From contig JANHCV010000001.1 in assembly GCA_025594325.1 (NCBI GenBank), forward strand, positions 3,410,001 through 3,474,000: a DNA stretch of 64,000 nucleotides, given 5' to 3'. The stretch comes from Blastocladiella emersonii ATCC 22665 (taxonomy: Eukaryota; Fungi; Blastocladiomycota). Below, in pieces: positions 1-12,056 of this stretch. The translations under genes were made by a program, and so were the position numbers. How positions within the stretch are numbered: position 1 is the first letter of the stretch; each line of letters starts with the position of its first letter. The notes below the pieces were generated by a model. It searched no databases and had not been told where the DNA came from. It saw nothing but the letters and a program-made list of their open reading frames with translations.

Positions 1-3000
1 AGGAGCTCAAAACTCTCGCCAAGTACATTCACTCGCCCGACCGCCGGATCCGCGCAAAGTACGCGATCGTCGCTTGGATATCCGAGCGTCGCCAGCTGAC
101 ATGTCGCGCTACTGCCTTCTAGGGCCCTCGAGCTCGCAACCAACTTTGCCTTCAACGAGTCGTACATGACGCATCTGATGGAGCTCGTTACTGGCGACTC
201 TGGCTCGCCCGCCGAGCGCCGCATGGCCATCTCCATCATCGAGGCACTCGCCCGTCAGGGTACGCTCTTGTGCTACACGGAGCAACCTCGCGAGGCTAAC
301 CCCTGCCCTGCGACGCGCTTGTAGAGTCCAACCGGCAACGCCTCATGAGCGCCGACGTCATGGAGGCCCTATGCGGCGTCTTCGTATCCGCGCGATCCTC
401 GTTTCTCCGCGAGACGGCCGCGCGGACGCTTTTTCATCTCGTGCGCGACGAGAGTACGTTGATTCGTAGCTCACGCGCCCTGTACGCGGTCTCACCACTT
501 TGCTGCACGCGTAGACGAGCGCCGCATGCTCCTCGCCGCCTACGGGACGCTGCCGACCATCCTGCAGATCCTGTCCAACCAGACCGAGCACTCGCACCAG
601 CTCGTCTCGCCCTGCATCCACCTGCTCCACCAAATGTCGCAGTGTTGTACGCGTCGCTGCACCGTCGATCGCGCCGAACGCGTCTCACGTTTGCCTCGCC
701 CGCACTCTGTGTAGCTCCATTGCGCGATACCCTCGTCGAGAACGATACCCATCTCGTAACCTGCCAGTTCTGGCGCGCCAACTCGGTCTACCGCCGCTTC
801 GAGACCCTCGCCTCGTACATCTTGCAGAACATTCTCGACCTCTCCACCGACGCCCAGGCCAAGCAGATCCTCCTCGAGGTCACCCCCTTCGGCATCCCCT
901 CGCTCGCGTGCGCGCTCCTGCGCGGCAGCGTCGGCCATGAGCGCGCGCTCAAGCTCATCTACCACATGGCCAAGCACCGTACGTTTATTGCCTTTCGGGA
1001 TGCCGGCTCCGCACTGACCCGCTTCTCCTCCGTAGACGTCTTTGTGGACGAGCTAGTCAAGCGCTCGTACATTGCCAACACCATCGTCGGCCTCATCCCC
1101 AAGGACAGCTACGTCAACGCGCACATGGCGCTCGTTTGCCTTCACGTTCTCAGCGAGGCTTCTGGTACGGTTTTCATCTCGATTCGCGAGCAATCCTGGA
1201 TCCATCTCACACGTTCGGTACTCCGTGTAGAGGAGGTCGCCCGCGAGCTCGTCGACACCGACATCATCAAGTCGCTGCAGACGTGCATCGGTTATGGCAG
1301 CCTGACGCTCAAGGTCTCGGGCATCAAGGTGCTCCGCCAGCTGCTAATCCACGGCCTCCCCGTCGCGCAGGTCGAGGCGAGCACCATCATGCCACACGTG
1401 TACAAGCTCGTCGTCACCGAGGAGCCCGCCGCCAAGTTGCTGTGGACGCTCGTCGAGCTCGACGAGGAGCGCCGCGCGATCCAGTTCGCCGCCATGGCCA
1501 AGACGGGCAAGGCGCCCGCGACCGGCCTCATGAGCGACGACAAGGTGCTCGACGCGTCCATCAAGATGATCAACGCCACCGAGTCGGCCATCGCGGGCAT
1601 CGGTTTCGACATCATCAAGTGCGCGCTCGTCCGCCACCCGGCCAGCGTCAAGCTGCTCGTCGAGCGCGGTCTCTTCGACTCGCTGCGCAAGTGCATCCTG
1701 CAGAACCCGAGCTTCGAAACGGTCCGCCTGGCCGCCACCGCGGTGCGCGCGCTGCTCAAGCTCGACCTCGTCACCCTCGAGACGGTCCACACGTCAATTG
1801 CGCAGGTGCTGCTGCACAACCTCCAGATCCGCATCCCCGAGGCCCGCGACCTGCTGCAGAAGCTACACGCCCAGCAGGCCGACGGCGGCGCCAACGCGGT
1901 CCAGCTGCTCTCGTTCGTCGAGTCGCACAAGAAACTGCGCGCGCTCCTGTTCACGCTCGAGGTGTGCATCGAGCACCCCGACCTCTACGCGCTCCTCGCC
2001 GCGCGCCACTCGTTCGAGCTCGAGATGATCGCCAAGCACGCGCTCTGGTTCGTCAGCACCCTGCACCTCGACCCGAATCACAAGATGTACGCGCCGCGCG
2101 CGACGCCCAAACTGGTCGAGCGCATCGCTAAGCTGCTCAAGGCCAAGACGGCGCCCGCGGACCCGCCGGCGAGCGGCACCCCGCCGTGCTCGGAGCCGCA
2201 GCTGCTCGACGCGTGGTTCGGGCTCGTTGGCAGCATGGCGCGGCTCGTCGCGGCCATGTTCAAGCACGGTATGTCGACTTCGCCTTGCAGTGTTCCGGCG
2301 TACCGACTCACGTTGCCTACTCATAGACGCCCTGCGCAAAGTGCTGCTCAAGCAGGAGATGATCGGCCGTCTCGCCCTCGCGTACCACTGCGCCTCGTCC
2401 AAGTTCCTGCTGCAGATCATGGTCATGCTCGCGCTGCGCATCGACCCCGCCGAGCTGTGGCGGGACCACGCCGACGCGCTGCAGCTCTTCCTCCACGACC
2501 GCCACCGCGCCGGCCGCGATAGTTCCGCAGAACCGATCATGGACGCGCTCGTTCTCCACCTCGCAGCATCCTCGGCGGACTCGCCATCTCGGCCGCTCCT
2601 TGTCGAACCCGCTCGGTCCCTCGCCTGGGTCCCAACGCGCCAGTCGGCGAGCACCACGGCCATGGCGAGTCCCGACGCCGTCATGGTCATTGACTGGAAG
2701 CAGCAGTCGCTCGTCGCGTCGCACGGCGCCACGGCGAGCGGCAAGTGGGCGTGCGCGTTCTCGGTCGGCATGGTGCACTCGGTCACGGTCGGCGTCGCGA
2801 CGCGCGACTTTGACCCGGTTCCCGAGCTCGCGCACGTGTGCGGGTACGACGGCGAGAGTTTTGGGGTCGATGCGACGTGCGGGCTCAAGTTCCACGATCA
2901 GGTACGCTTTTTGGTCCTCCCGCTTCGCTATGGACGGGATTGTCGCTAACTTTGGGACTGTCTGTAGTCAAGCTCGGTCTTCACGGCCGACTGGAAGCCG

Positions 3001-3858
3001 AAGGAGCGCGTGCTGTGCCTGCTCGACCTCGACGAGGGCACGCTCGCGTTCCGCACACCCGACGGCGACACCGCGACGGCCTTTACGGACCTCGACTGCA
3101 CCAAGACGTGGTTCCCGGCCGTCTCGACCAACAACAACCTCATCATCGCCGACTTTGACCCCGTGAACCTCCCCGCGGGGTTCAAGTCGTTTGCTGCTGG
3201 TGTGCGCGAGGGCCACCTACAGCCGCTTGACGTCGACGCCCCAACCGCGTCGCCGCTCCCGACCCCGCTCGCCGTCGCGCCATCCGCGCACCCCGCGCCG
3301 TTCGGTGGGGACCTGTACTACGAGGTCGCGGCCGTCGTGGCAGATAACGAGTCGCCCGCGCGCCTCGGGTGGCGGATCTCGGACACGTCGTACCTCCTGT
3401 GGCAGCACGCGGGCGAGTACGAGGCCCTGCACCTCGCGTCGTCGTGCAACGCCACCGTGTCGACGGCCGAGCTCGCCAAGCTCGTCGACGCGTCCATGCC
3501 CGCCGAGCTCCCTACCACCCTCGACGGCGTTTCCGCTTCGGTACTGTGGGCGCGCCACGCGCCGCGCGCAGCAGCACCGCGCGCGGTCCGGCTTGGGCTC
3601 GGGTACTCGCGCGCCGCGGACACGGTTTCGCTGTACTCGTACGACACTGCCACCGCCACGATCGAGGTCGCGTCGTGCGCCAGCGTCGGACTCGCCGAGT
3701 CGCTCCGCGCGCCGGCGCCCGTCGTCGCCGAGTTCGCGTCGCCGTCGCTCATCCTTGACGCGGACCGGTTCGCGCTCGCCAAGGTCAGCCCCGCGACGCT
3801 CGCTAGCGCGTACCAGCTGGTGCCCGACGGGTACGAGCACGGCAAGGCCGACGAGTGA
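1..3858 (+). CDS. Multi-exon ARM/HEAT-like repeat protein with C-terminal SPRY (B30.2) domain; 5' end lies outside the window
   Basis: Helical Leu/Ala-rich exons joined by GTACG...TAG introns (e.g. ~60-122, ~2902-2967). SPRY-like segments GKWACAFSVGMVHSVTVGVAT..CGYDGESFG and ERVLCLLDLDEGTLAF..WFPAVS. Stop TGA at 3856-3858. Confidence 0.7.
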
Positions 3859-3917
3859 TGACCGATTTTTGATGCATGATTTTGCGGGATGGCCAATGTA
3901 TTCCTATCACTTCTAGT

Positions 3918-6248
3918 CTAGCTCATGTACGATGAAGTGAACTGCGCCGTCGCTGGGTCAGGATCGCTGTTGAAGCGGCCGAGCATTGAGGCGGGAAGGC
4001 CGAGAAAATCGAGCCCCTCGAAGCTTGCTAGCCCGTGGCCATGGACAACGACAGGCTCAGCACGAGCGGTGGCCACAGCGTGAAGCCGCCCGATCCCTGT
4101 CCGAACGATCTCGAGGTCCGCGGCCACCGTCCAAAAGTCGCGCCGCTTGCGCGCCAGCGCCGACTCGAGCCATCTCACGACCTCGCTCACGTCCGGGTAC
4201 GCGGCCAGCGCGCCCCCGCCCTCACAATCACCCGCCGCACGCGTCGCCGGGCGGCACGCACACACGGGCGTCCAGCGTCCAACGTGTCCCGCATCAATAA
4301 GCGCGCCGGCCATCTCAGCCGCAACGCGCAACAAGCTCGACGTTGGTTGCGACGTGTAATCGGGCGCGACAGCGAGGACCGTGTGGATCATGCACCACCG
4401 CTCGCGCGGGCACGGCTCGATGTACATGGCCGCGTTGATGAAGATCAGGTTCGCGAACAGCCACCACTCGGCGGCCTCGGGCGACAGCGTGGCGAGGACG
4501 TGCGCGGCGCGGGACGCGTCGGGACCGGGCATCGCGTAGTCGCCGGCCGCCGACGCGCGCCATGCGTGCGCGGCGCGGTGCAGGGACGCGAGCGACTCGG
4601 CGGACGTGGGGGGACCGAGTGCCGTGACGGTAGCCACGGCGTGGTGCCGCGCGCGCCACTCAGTGCGGATCCACAGCTCGACGCGCGACATGAGCATGAC
4701 GTCGCCGAGCAGGGTCGCGTAGAGCTTGGTCCCGGCGAGCAACAAACCGGGCGGGTCAGCGAACCGCGGCTGCGGCGGAAGCACGTCAACGGCCTCGAGC
4801 GAGAGCAGCGGCGTCGCGCACACGGGCCCGGCCGAGTTTACACACGCGCCGATGCGGTCGAGAAGGTACGCGGACCAAAACAGCCGCGAGAAGGTCTCGG
4901 AGACCGCGCTCGCTGGATCGTGGTTGTTGGCGAGCCCCGTCAGGGGCTGCGCGGCCATCTCCACGTACATGCGGCCGGTCGCCATGTCGTTGATGAGGTA
5001 GCTCACGACGGCGAGCATCGTCAGCGTCGCGGACTCGTGGATCCCGGGCATGGCCATGGTCCCGATCTGCGGCATGACGAGCGCGTGAGCCGAAGCCGCC
5101 AGACGATCGGTCGGGAGAGCGTCGGACGACCGCGACGCGAGCAGGTGAAGCGAGCCAAGCGCGAGGACAGCATGGACGAGGTGTCGTGGGATACGGCCGA
5201 CGGCGAGATCGGCGCGGAACTCGGCCTCGGTGAAGACGGGAATGAGCGCGTAGAACCCGGAGAAGAAGGCGCACAGGTGCGCCTCGATCTGGTCCGTGGC
5301 CAGCGTCGCGAGGTCGATGACAGGTTGCTGCAGCGTCGTCGGCGACGCGGACCGTGGCCGCGTGTTCAGTCCGAGGTCTTGGCCAGGGAAGGCGTACGGC
5401 CGTCCAGTCGTTGAAGGAGGGTCGAAGCCGAGAGAAGCGGGCGCCGACTGCCGGCGGACCGAAGACTGTTGGTTGAAGCGGCCGAAGTGAAGAAGACCGG
5501 TCTCCTCGAGTACGTGAGGCGATGAGCGAGGCGGCGATGGAGGAGGGGGCAGCGATGCGGCCGGCGGCGAGACGATCTCGATGGGATAGCACACAAGCGT
5601 TCCAGCACGAGGTAGTAGTTGGTGTGTCGTAGTCGACAAGGCGGTCGGCGGTCGGCGGTCGGCGGGTATGCAAGATCAACTGGCGTTGAGGTAGCGCCGA
5701 GCTGAAAGTCAGAACCAAGCACAGGTTGCTGGATCGCCAGTAGGGGAGCCGACGAGTCAGTGTGAAGGACATGGTCAGGTTGATGTGCTGGACGAGTTTG
5801 AGGCGGAGGCAGAATCGGAGGTAGCCGATGTGTCGCCGCGGGCAGCACCGCGGGATTCCATCTTAAGTACGCGGCCGTGTAGGTCAGCAGGCGCTTTTTA
5901 GGGCCCCTCTTCTTCTCGGCGACGTAGAAGCACTCCTCTCCAAGTGATGCACAACTAGACAGTCCGCGTTGGCCGCGTTGGTTAGTATGAGTACGGGATC
6001 GCGGGTCCCATCACGCGTTCCATCAAGCACCGCGAACACGGTTGCTGGCCGTCGCACCGCTTCCTGCGCCGCTGGCAGCCCTGGCACGACTTTGACAGGC
6101 GGCCATGGACGGCATCTAGAGCCGGCGCTGACGGAAGATGGGTAGCTAGCTGTAGCGTCGCTGGTTGCGGAAGGTGGCGCGTCCCTGCTGGCCGCTGCGC
6201 GTGAGCTGGCAGAGCGGGAGCGATAGGGACGAGCGGAATTCGGTTCAT
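3918..6248 (-). CDS. Zn(II)2Cys6 fungal transcription factor with middle homology region
   Basis: Removing a 76-bp intron (6030-5955) gives CQGCQRRRKRCDGQQPCSRCASLGEECFYVAEKKRGPKK. The ORF 3918..5639 has fungal_trans-like motifs (FFSGFYALIPVF; RLFWSAYLLDR). The junction between the two frames (~5680-5366) is unresolved. Confidence 0.8.
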
Positions 6249-6712
6249 GAGGATGCACACCGTCCACGGCCACGGTCTGGTGGCGGGGCACACGCCGGCT
6301 TTGTATCCGCGACCCGCACGCCCCAATGGCCACGGTGACCCGCCCCATCGACCACGGGCTCCGTCGCCCTCCGACCCGTCGTCAAGCGGAACAACACCCT
6401 GGCCATCGAGGCGGGAAGACTGGGATTGGACGGCCTGCGAACCCGAAACGTGTACTCTCGCGCGCTGGTCAAGCTACACTTTGCGCGAGGATCACGGCCG
6501 CGTGGCATCGGGCGGCCGGCACACGTTTCACGCACATGTGCGCGTCCGACGGGCAGTTGAATCGGCTGATCAAGGGTACGACGTTGACGAGCACCAGGGG
6601 AATCGGGCGAACACTTTGGACCGCTCGCGTCAGGTCGGCTGTACAGCGCTGTCACTTTTACACACGCGTATATGAAAGCTCGGAAGCTTCGGCCCGCGAA
6701 AGCGCGAGCGTA

Positions 6713-6932
6713 CAGTCGTTTCCACTCAGAAATGAACAGGCTGGCTGAGTGGCTGCGTTTCGGTCCCCGGATGCGCCTCGGTTGAGCTTTTTTTCGCTCG
6801 CTCGCGCGCTCGAAACGGTCCCCGGTTGCGCTTTTTCGCTGCCCTCTCGCGGCCTCGGCCCGCGGAGCCCCCCGCAACGCATCACGTGCGCTCACACCAC
6901 GCAACCGACGCGTCTCGGGACGCGCTCTTGCA
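6713..6932 (+). repeat. Left 220-bp terminal inverted repeat of the outer element
   Basis: Reverse complement of 9813-10032; the match ends after ...CTCTTGCA at 6932. Confidence 0.95.
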
Positions 6933-6951
6933 ACGGACACGCACGCGTGAG

Positions 6952-8891
6952 GGCGATTCCTATTCTGCCCCCCAGCCGGTTATCCTGCCCCCCGCGGCTA
7001 TTCTGCCCCCTCGGCTATTCTGCCCCCAAGCCACGGTCACATGATATCGCGACGCGTCGATTTCCCGCGGCCGGCCGCCGTTATCGCGGCCCCGTCGACT
7101 TGTACTGACTCCGCAAAAAATCACACATAAAAAAGAGTTCATGCAACGTGATGAAAAATGCTGAATGAAAAGCTCACGCGAAGCGATGTCGCTGCCAAAT
7201 GAAAAACAGAAGCGTATTTATTCAACGGGTCGACAGGCTCAACATTTCTTGCTCTTATCCAACTCTAGTGCCTCTTTTTGAGCAGCTCCTGGAGCGCGCG
7301 CGCGCCGGACGTCATGGGCGCGTTCGCGATTGCCGCGGGCGTGGTCGTGGTGGTCGCCGTGGCGGTCGCGGCGGTCGAGCGCGCGGCAGTCGTTGACGAC
7401 AAGGTCGCGAGCTCCACAGTCGTGACCGCGGTTCTCAAATCAGTTGCGTTTGTTGACTCGACTGTACCGCGCCGTGCGCGCTTGCGCGCGGGGCCCGAGT
7501 TCGCCTTGGCGGAGCTCTTCCGCTTCGCTACACGCCAGATGGTGAGATCCGAACGTCCTTCAAACGCGGCGACCAATCGTACCTTGCGTTGCAAAGTCTT
7601 TTGGGCAACTTGCGGGACGAGGAGGAGATTTCGGCGGCCGGCCGCGGTTGCTCCCGTACTTTCTGGGCGGGTTGCGGACGTCAGGAAGGCTGTCCGCTCG
7701 TCCTTGCACCGGCTGCCGCGCCGCGGGAGCCTTGCCCTTCCCTGCAGCTGGGCCAGGCTCCTCGTCGTCGTCCGGCGGGAGCTCGCCGTCGTACTCGTCC
7801 TTGTCAAGCACAAGGACGTCTGCGTCGGCCGCGTCGAGATCCTCCTCGACAGCTCTGGGCGTAGTCGGCCGCATGTGCTCGCGGATCAGCTGCCCGAAAT
7901 CCGGACCTACAGGCTCGGGCGGCAGCACTTCGCCGCCGTTGCTGTTCTTGCCCAGACTGCCGTGTTCGCTAGGAAAAATGAAGTCGCGGTCGACCAGGCT
8001 CTTGCCCTTGGCCATGAGGTAGGCGTCATCAATCATGCTGAGCGTGAACCACACGTCCCCGGCGTGATACATCACGGCGAACGCGTGATCGCATGGATGT
8101 GTCACGCCGACGCGACACGAGCAGAGAATCGCGCCGTCGTTGAAGACAATGAGGTAGTACAGCTCGCGCGACGACCGCCGAAGGCCCACCCGCCATACCG
8201 ATCGGGCGCACTCGTTGTTGGCGAGCTCGCGGAACTGGTCGTACGGCATTTCCGCGAGATCGCGCTCCTGCAGCCGCACTGGAGTGCAGTTGTGCACGTT
8301 TTGCAGACTACTTAAGAGCGCGTTAGCGACGTTTGGAGTGCAGTTTTGCGCGATTGCCCTGGCAATGGCGCGTAGGTCCGCATTGAGGTCGCTGAACGAG
8401 CGACCCAAATTATTGCGGTACACGGCCTCCATCTTGTTGGCCTGATCCGCTTCGCGAACGAGCTCGCGGCCGACCGCACTGTCGACCCCCATCAAGCGAG
8501 TGTTGGTGTCGAGGCCGAACCGCTTGAGGAGGCCGTTCATGCCCTCGACATGCTGGTCTCCTTGATCGGCCGCGCTCAGTGTTTGTCCGATCTGCTTTGA
8601 CGCGACGCGTGGTGAGCGACGCGTCAAGACGGTCGCGCCGACGGCACTAGGAATCCGCGTAATAATTTTTTTTTGGTTGGAAATTTCACGCGGGAAGCGG
8701 TCACCTTTTTTTTTCGGTGCGTGCAGCGTGCCACATTTTTTCGAGGGAGTTGGTTGTGGTGCGCGGAGTTGAGCTGGGTCATTTCACGCGTTTTTTTATC
8801 ATGTGACCGCGTCTGGACGGCAGAATAACCTGGGGGGCAGAATAGCCGAGGGGGGCAGAATAACCGACTGGGGGGCAGAATAACCGCCTCC
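6952..8891 (-). mobile_element. Internally deleted Mutator-like (MULE) element nested in the outer transposon
   Basis: Direct repeat CGCGTGAG at 6944-6951 and 8892-8899 (8-bp TSD). GG...CC termini. Imperfect 95-bp TIRs (6952-7046, 8797-8891), each with four TATTCTGCCCCC(C)-type units followed by CGGTCACATGATA. Encloses a SWIM-finger ORF. Confidence 0.8.
7265..8736 (-). pseudogene. C-terminal part of a MULE-type transposase (Glu motif + SWIM finger + RGRP + basic tail), spliced
   Basis: QHVEGMNGLLKR resembles the MULE TQRxESxNxxLK motif. CSCRVGVTHPCDH is a SWIM CxC..CxH finger. A 55-bp GTACG..GTAG intron (7582-7528) joins ORF 7560..8627 in frame to ORF 7265..7813. The N-terminal Asp-Asp region is absent. 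The ATG at 8736 via a 58-bp intron is tentative. Confidence 0.65.
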
Positions 8892-9032
8892 CGCGTGAGC
8901 AGGTGCGCGACGCGCTAACGCGAGACCGGGGGTGCCTGTCGTCGAGTGGATGCTGGCGCAACGGGAGTGTAGATCTCAATGAATGTATAAGTCATGCACT
9001 TGCACGTTTGACGCGAGCGCGTATCCCACGAC

Positions 9033-9560
9033 GTGCCATGGTCGCAGTCGTGGTGGCCTTGCGTCTCGAACGCGTGGTGCACACCGCGCGCGGATTCTGT
9101 CAGGCGCGCCACTGTTGCAGACGCGGTGCCCTTGCGTCTCAAGCGCGTAGAATGTCCATCGTCGCAGCAGCAGTGGCAGCACGGCGGCCAGCAGTTCCCC
9201 AACATGCCGTTGCAGCGGGACAACGGCCAGCTGTACGGCGGCGCCTCGCGCTTGCAGCAGCAGTATCACCACGGCGGTCAGTAATTAGGCGGCACGCAAC
9301 ACGGCAGGCGGCGGTCAGTCGTTTGGCGGCACGGAACACGGCAGGCTGCAGTTCAACGGCCAGCAATGCATGAGCGCGTTGACGCGGCGGCAAAGCGATC
9401 AGTACTACGGCTGCCAGTGGCACGGCAGTGGGCCACTCGTAAAGCAACCGTAGCAGCAGCACCAGCAGTACGGTGGTCTTCTCGGGCGGCGGCAGCAATA
9501 GCACGGTGCTCATGAGCAGCAGTTTGACAGTTTCGTCGTCACAGCAACGCCGCGACGACG
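9033..9560 (+). pseudogene. Decayed Gln/Gly/Tyr/His-rich low-complexity coding remnant inside the outer transposon
   Basis: QQQWQHGGQQF, QQQYHHGGQ*, QYYGCQWHG and QQHQQYGG repeats, broken by frameshifts and TAG/TAA stops. Confidence 0.4.
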
Positions 9561-9812
9561 ACAAGGCCGCGCCGCCCGACCAGGGCACGCAGGACCTCGC
9601 CACGCACCCCTCCACAACTCCTGCCTTCTCCCCCTTACCTCTCTTACCTCCCTTGATTTCGCTCCTCGTGTTCCCGCTGTTCCGCTCTTTTGCCATACAA
9701 CTGTTTCCTCCCAGTGAATGCGGAAAGCGGCGAGTTTGTGATCGTCATATCCATGTGCATTCTGTCCAAGTCTTCCGTGATCGCTGTTTCGCTGGCAATG
9801 ATCCCTCACAGC

Positions 9813-10032
9813 TGCAAGAGCGCGTCCCGAGACGCGTCGGTTGCGTGGTGTGAGCGCACGTGATGCGTTGCGGGGGGCTCCGCGGGCCGAGGCCGCGAGA
9901 GGGCAGCGAAAAAGCGCAACCGGGGACCGTTTCGAGCGCGCGAGCGAGCGAAAAAAAGCTCAACCGAGGCGCATCCGGGGACCGAAACGCAGCCACTCAG
10001 CCAGCCTGTTCATTTCTGAGTGGAAACGACTG
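9813..10032 (-). repeat. Right 220-bp terminal inverted repeat of the outer element
   Basis: Reverse complement of 6713-6932, followed by TA. Confidence 0.95.
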
Positions 10033-10253
10033 TAGCAACGATCTGATGCATCCATCTCATCGGGGCGGAGGAACCCGTTCATGAGTCGGCTAGTGAGCGG
10101 GGGAGGACGTGCCGCTTTCGCGGCGGTGTGGCGCAGCGCGTGGCGACGTCACTGATCGTCGCGCTGATCTCAACCCACGGTCCCCCCGACGAAACTGTGC
10201 GGACCAAAACCAGTGCTATTCTCCTCGACTACGCGGAACCTTGCGCCAGACCA

Positions 10254-11814
10254 CTACGCGTCCCGCTTCTCTTCGCTACCCGCGGCGCCGTCCTTGGGCA
10301 CAAACGGCGCGGAGAGCTGTTGCTTGGGCGGCAGGTTCTTCGCAATGGCGGCCGCGAGCTCGCCGGCGGCCTTGGCCGAGCCGGTCTTGATCAGGTACGT
10401 GGTGAGCTTGCCGGCCTGGACCGTCGGGAACCGCACGTACTTGTCGATGACCTGGCCTGGCATGCCCGGGACGAGCGGCGCGTTGAGGAGGACCGCGTGG
10501 ACGCCGTCGGAGCGCATGACTAGATTGTGCGAGACGACGGGTGATGAGTTTTGCGCGAAAAACGGGATTAGCGACCGCAGAATGTACCGAGTCGCGCCTT
10601 GCGCACGCCGCGCTGGTCAGCGTTGACGGCAACGTTGACCTTAATGGTGCCGACGCCGCGCTCGCGGTGCTTGTCGCCCTCGACCTCGAACAGCTTGGCG
10701 CGCACAAAGTGTTCGGTCGACTCGTCCTCCTCGCCCGTCGGCACGACCTGCGGCGGGCGCGATGGAGACCGCGGCGCGGTACCGAGGGCGGGAGACTTGG
10801 CGGCGGCGGCGGCGGCGGCCTCCTCGTCCTCGTCATTCTCGCCGTCGTCGTCACCATCATCGTCGTCGCTCTTCACGTCGACAGTGGACTTGGCCGAGGA
10901 AGCACCAAAGATGGACGAGGAGGGCTGGCTGGCGAAGATGGAGGTACCGCCGCTCTGCGCCGCGAAGATGCTGGTCCCCGTTGCCGCGGCCGCAGCGGCG
11001 AACCCGCCGAATCCGGTCGCGCCCGACTTGGAGGCGAGGCTGCCGAAGCCGAGCGCGGGCGTCGAGGACGTGCTCGTCGAAGTGGTCGCGGCAAACGAGG
11101 CGAAGCCGACGACGGGGCTCGAGGTCTTGGACGGCTCGCCCGACGCGGTCGCGGGGGCAGCAGCGAACGCGCCGAAACCCGACGCCGTGCCAGCGGACGC
11201 GAACGAGCCGAAGCCGCCGAAGCCGCTCGTCGCCTTGGCGGCGGCTGCGAAACCGATCTGGAGGGGGAAATCGAGGAGTCAGCGATCACACAAGTGACAC
11301 CGTGCTGACGACGCAAGCGTACCACGGCAGGCGCGGGAACCTCCTTGACGGCCCCGCTGGCGGGCGACCCGGTCTCCTTGGGCGTGCGGTCGGCCGACTT
11401 GGCGGGGCTGCGGGACCGGGACCGCGTCTGCTCCTGCTCGGGCTGCGAGCGCGACGACGCGGTGCGCGGGCGGTCGCGATCGCGCGCCGTGGGACTCGAC
11501 GAGAGGGTCTTGATCGGCGAAGAAGAAGACGGCGCGGCGGCCTTGGTTGGCGACGCGGGCTTCGTGGGGGACGCCGGCTTCGAGGGCGACGCGGACGTGG
11601 ACGTAGACGCGACCTTGGTCGGAGTAAGCGGCTTGGCCGGCGACGACGAGTCCTTGGCGCTCGCCGTCGCGCGGCGCTTAGCGGCGGGTGCCTCCTCGCG
11701 CGCGGGCGGCGACGCGGCGCGCTTGCGCGAGGCGTCCTCGTCGCTGGCGGAGCTCGCGGGCTTGGCGGGCGACGACGAGCGCGACGCCGGGCGGGGGGTC
11801 GGGGAGCCGGCCAT
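10254..11814 (-). CDS. Ran-binding domain protein with FG repeats (RanBP3/Yrb2-like)
   Basis: Basic Ser/Pro-rich N-terminus, FGxF/SIFG repeats, and a RanBD (TGEEDESTEHFVRAKLF..RERGVGTIKVN | VMRSDGVHAVLLN). Two introns. Confidence 0.8.
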
Positions 11815-12056
11815 GGGGGTCGATGCGTGAAGTTACGTGGGCGCCGTGCTGGCGGAGATCGTCAAGGAGAGGGAGGGTGGGAGCGAGCAAGGAGGCGGAT
11901 CAGCAACTCCAACTCGCGCTCGCGACGGGCAGCGCAACGAGAACGCTCGGATTCGCGCCGCACGTGTGCTATTCACAGTATCTGCCCCTCAACCACGGCT
12001 GCCAGTTACACAAAATGCTACAGTATATCGCAGGATCCGCCCGGTCCGCCGCGCTC

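Larger units (their letters stand above)
6713..10032. mobile_element. Non-autonomous Tc1/mariner-type (TA-target) DNA transposon with 220-bp TIRs, carrying a nested element
   Basis: TA|CAGTCGTTTCC...GGAAACGACTG|TA, with TA at 6711-6712 and 10033-10034. Mirrored ORF fragments sum to the constant 16745. No DD(E/D) transposase ORF seen. Confidence 0.85.

Noticed and set aside
6961-7030. Short regularly spaced repeats resembling a CRISPR array (also 8819-8885)
   Set aside because: Eukaryotic context, 4-7-bp spacers and no cas genes; they are TIR subrepeats of the Mutator-like element.
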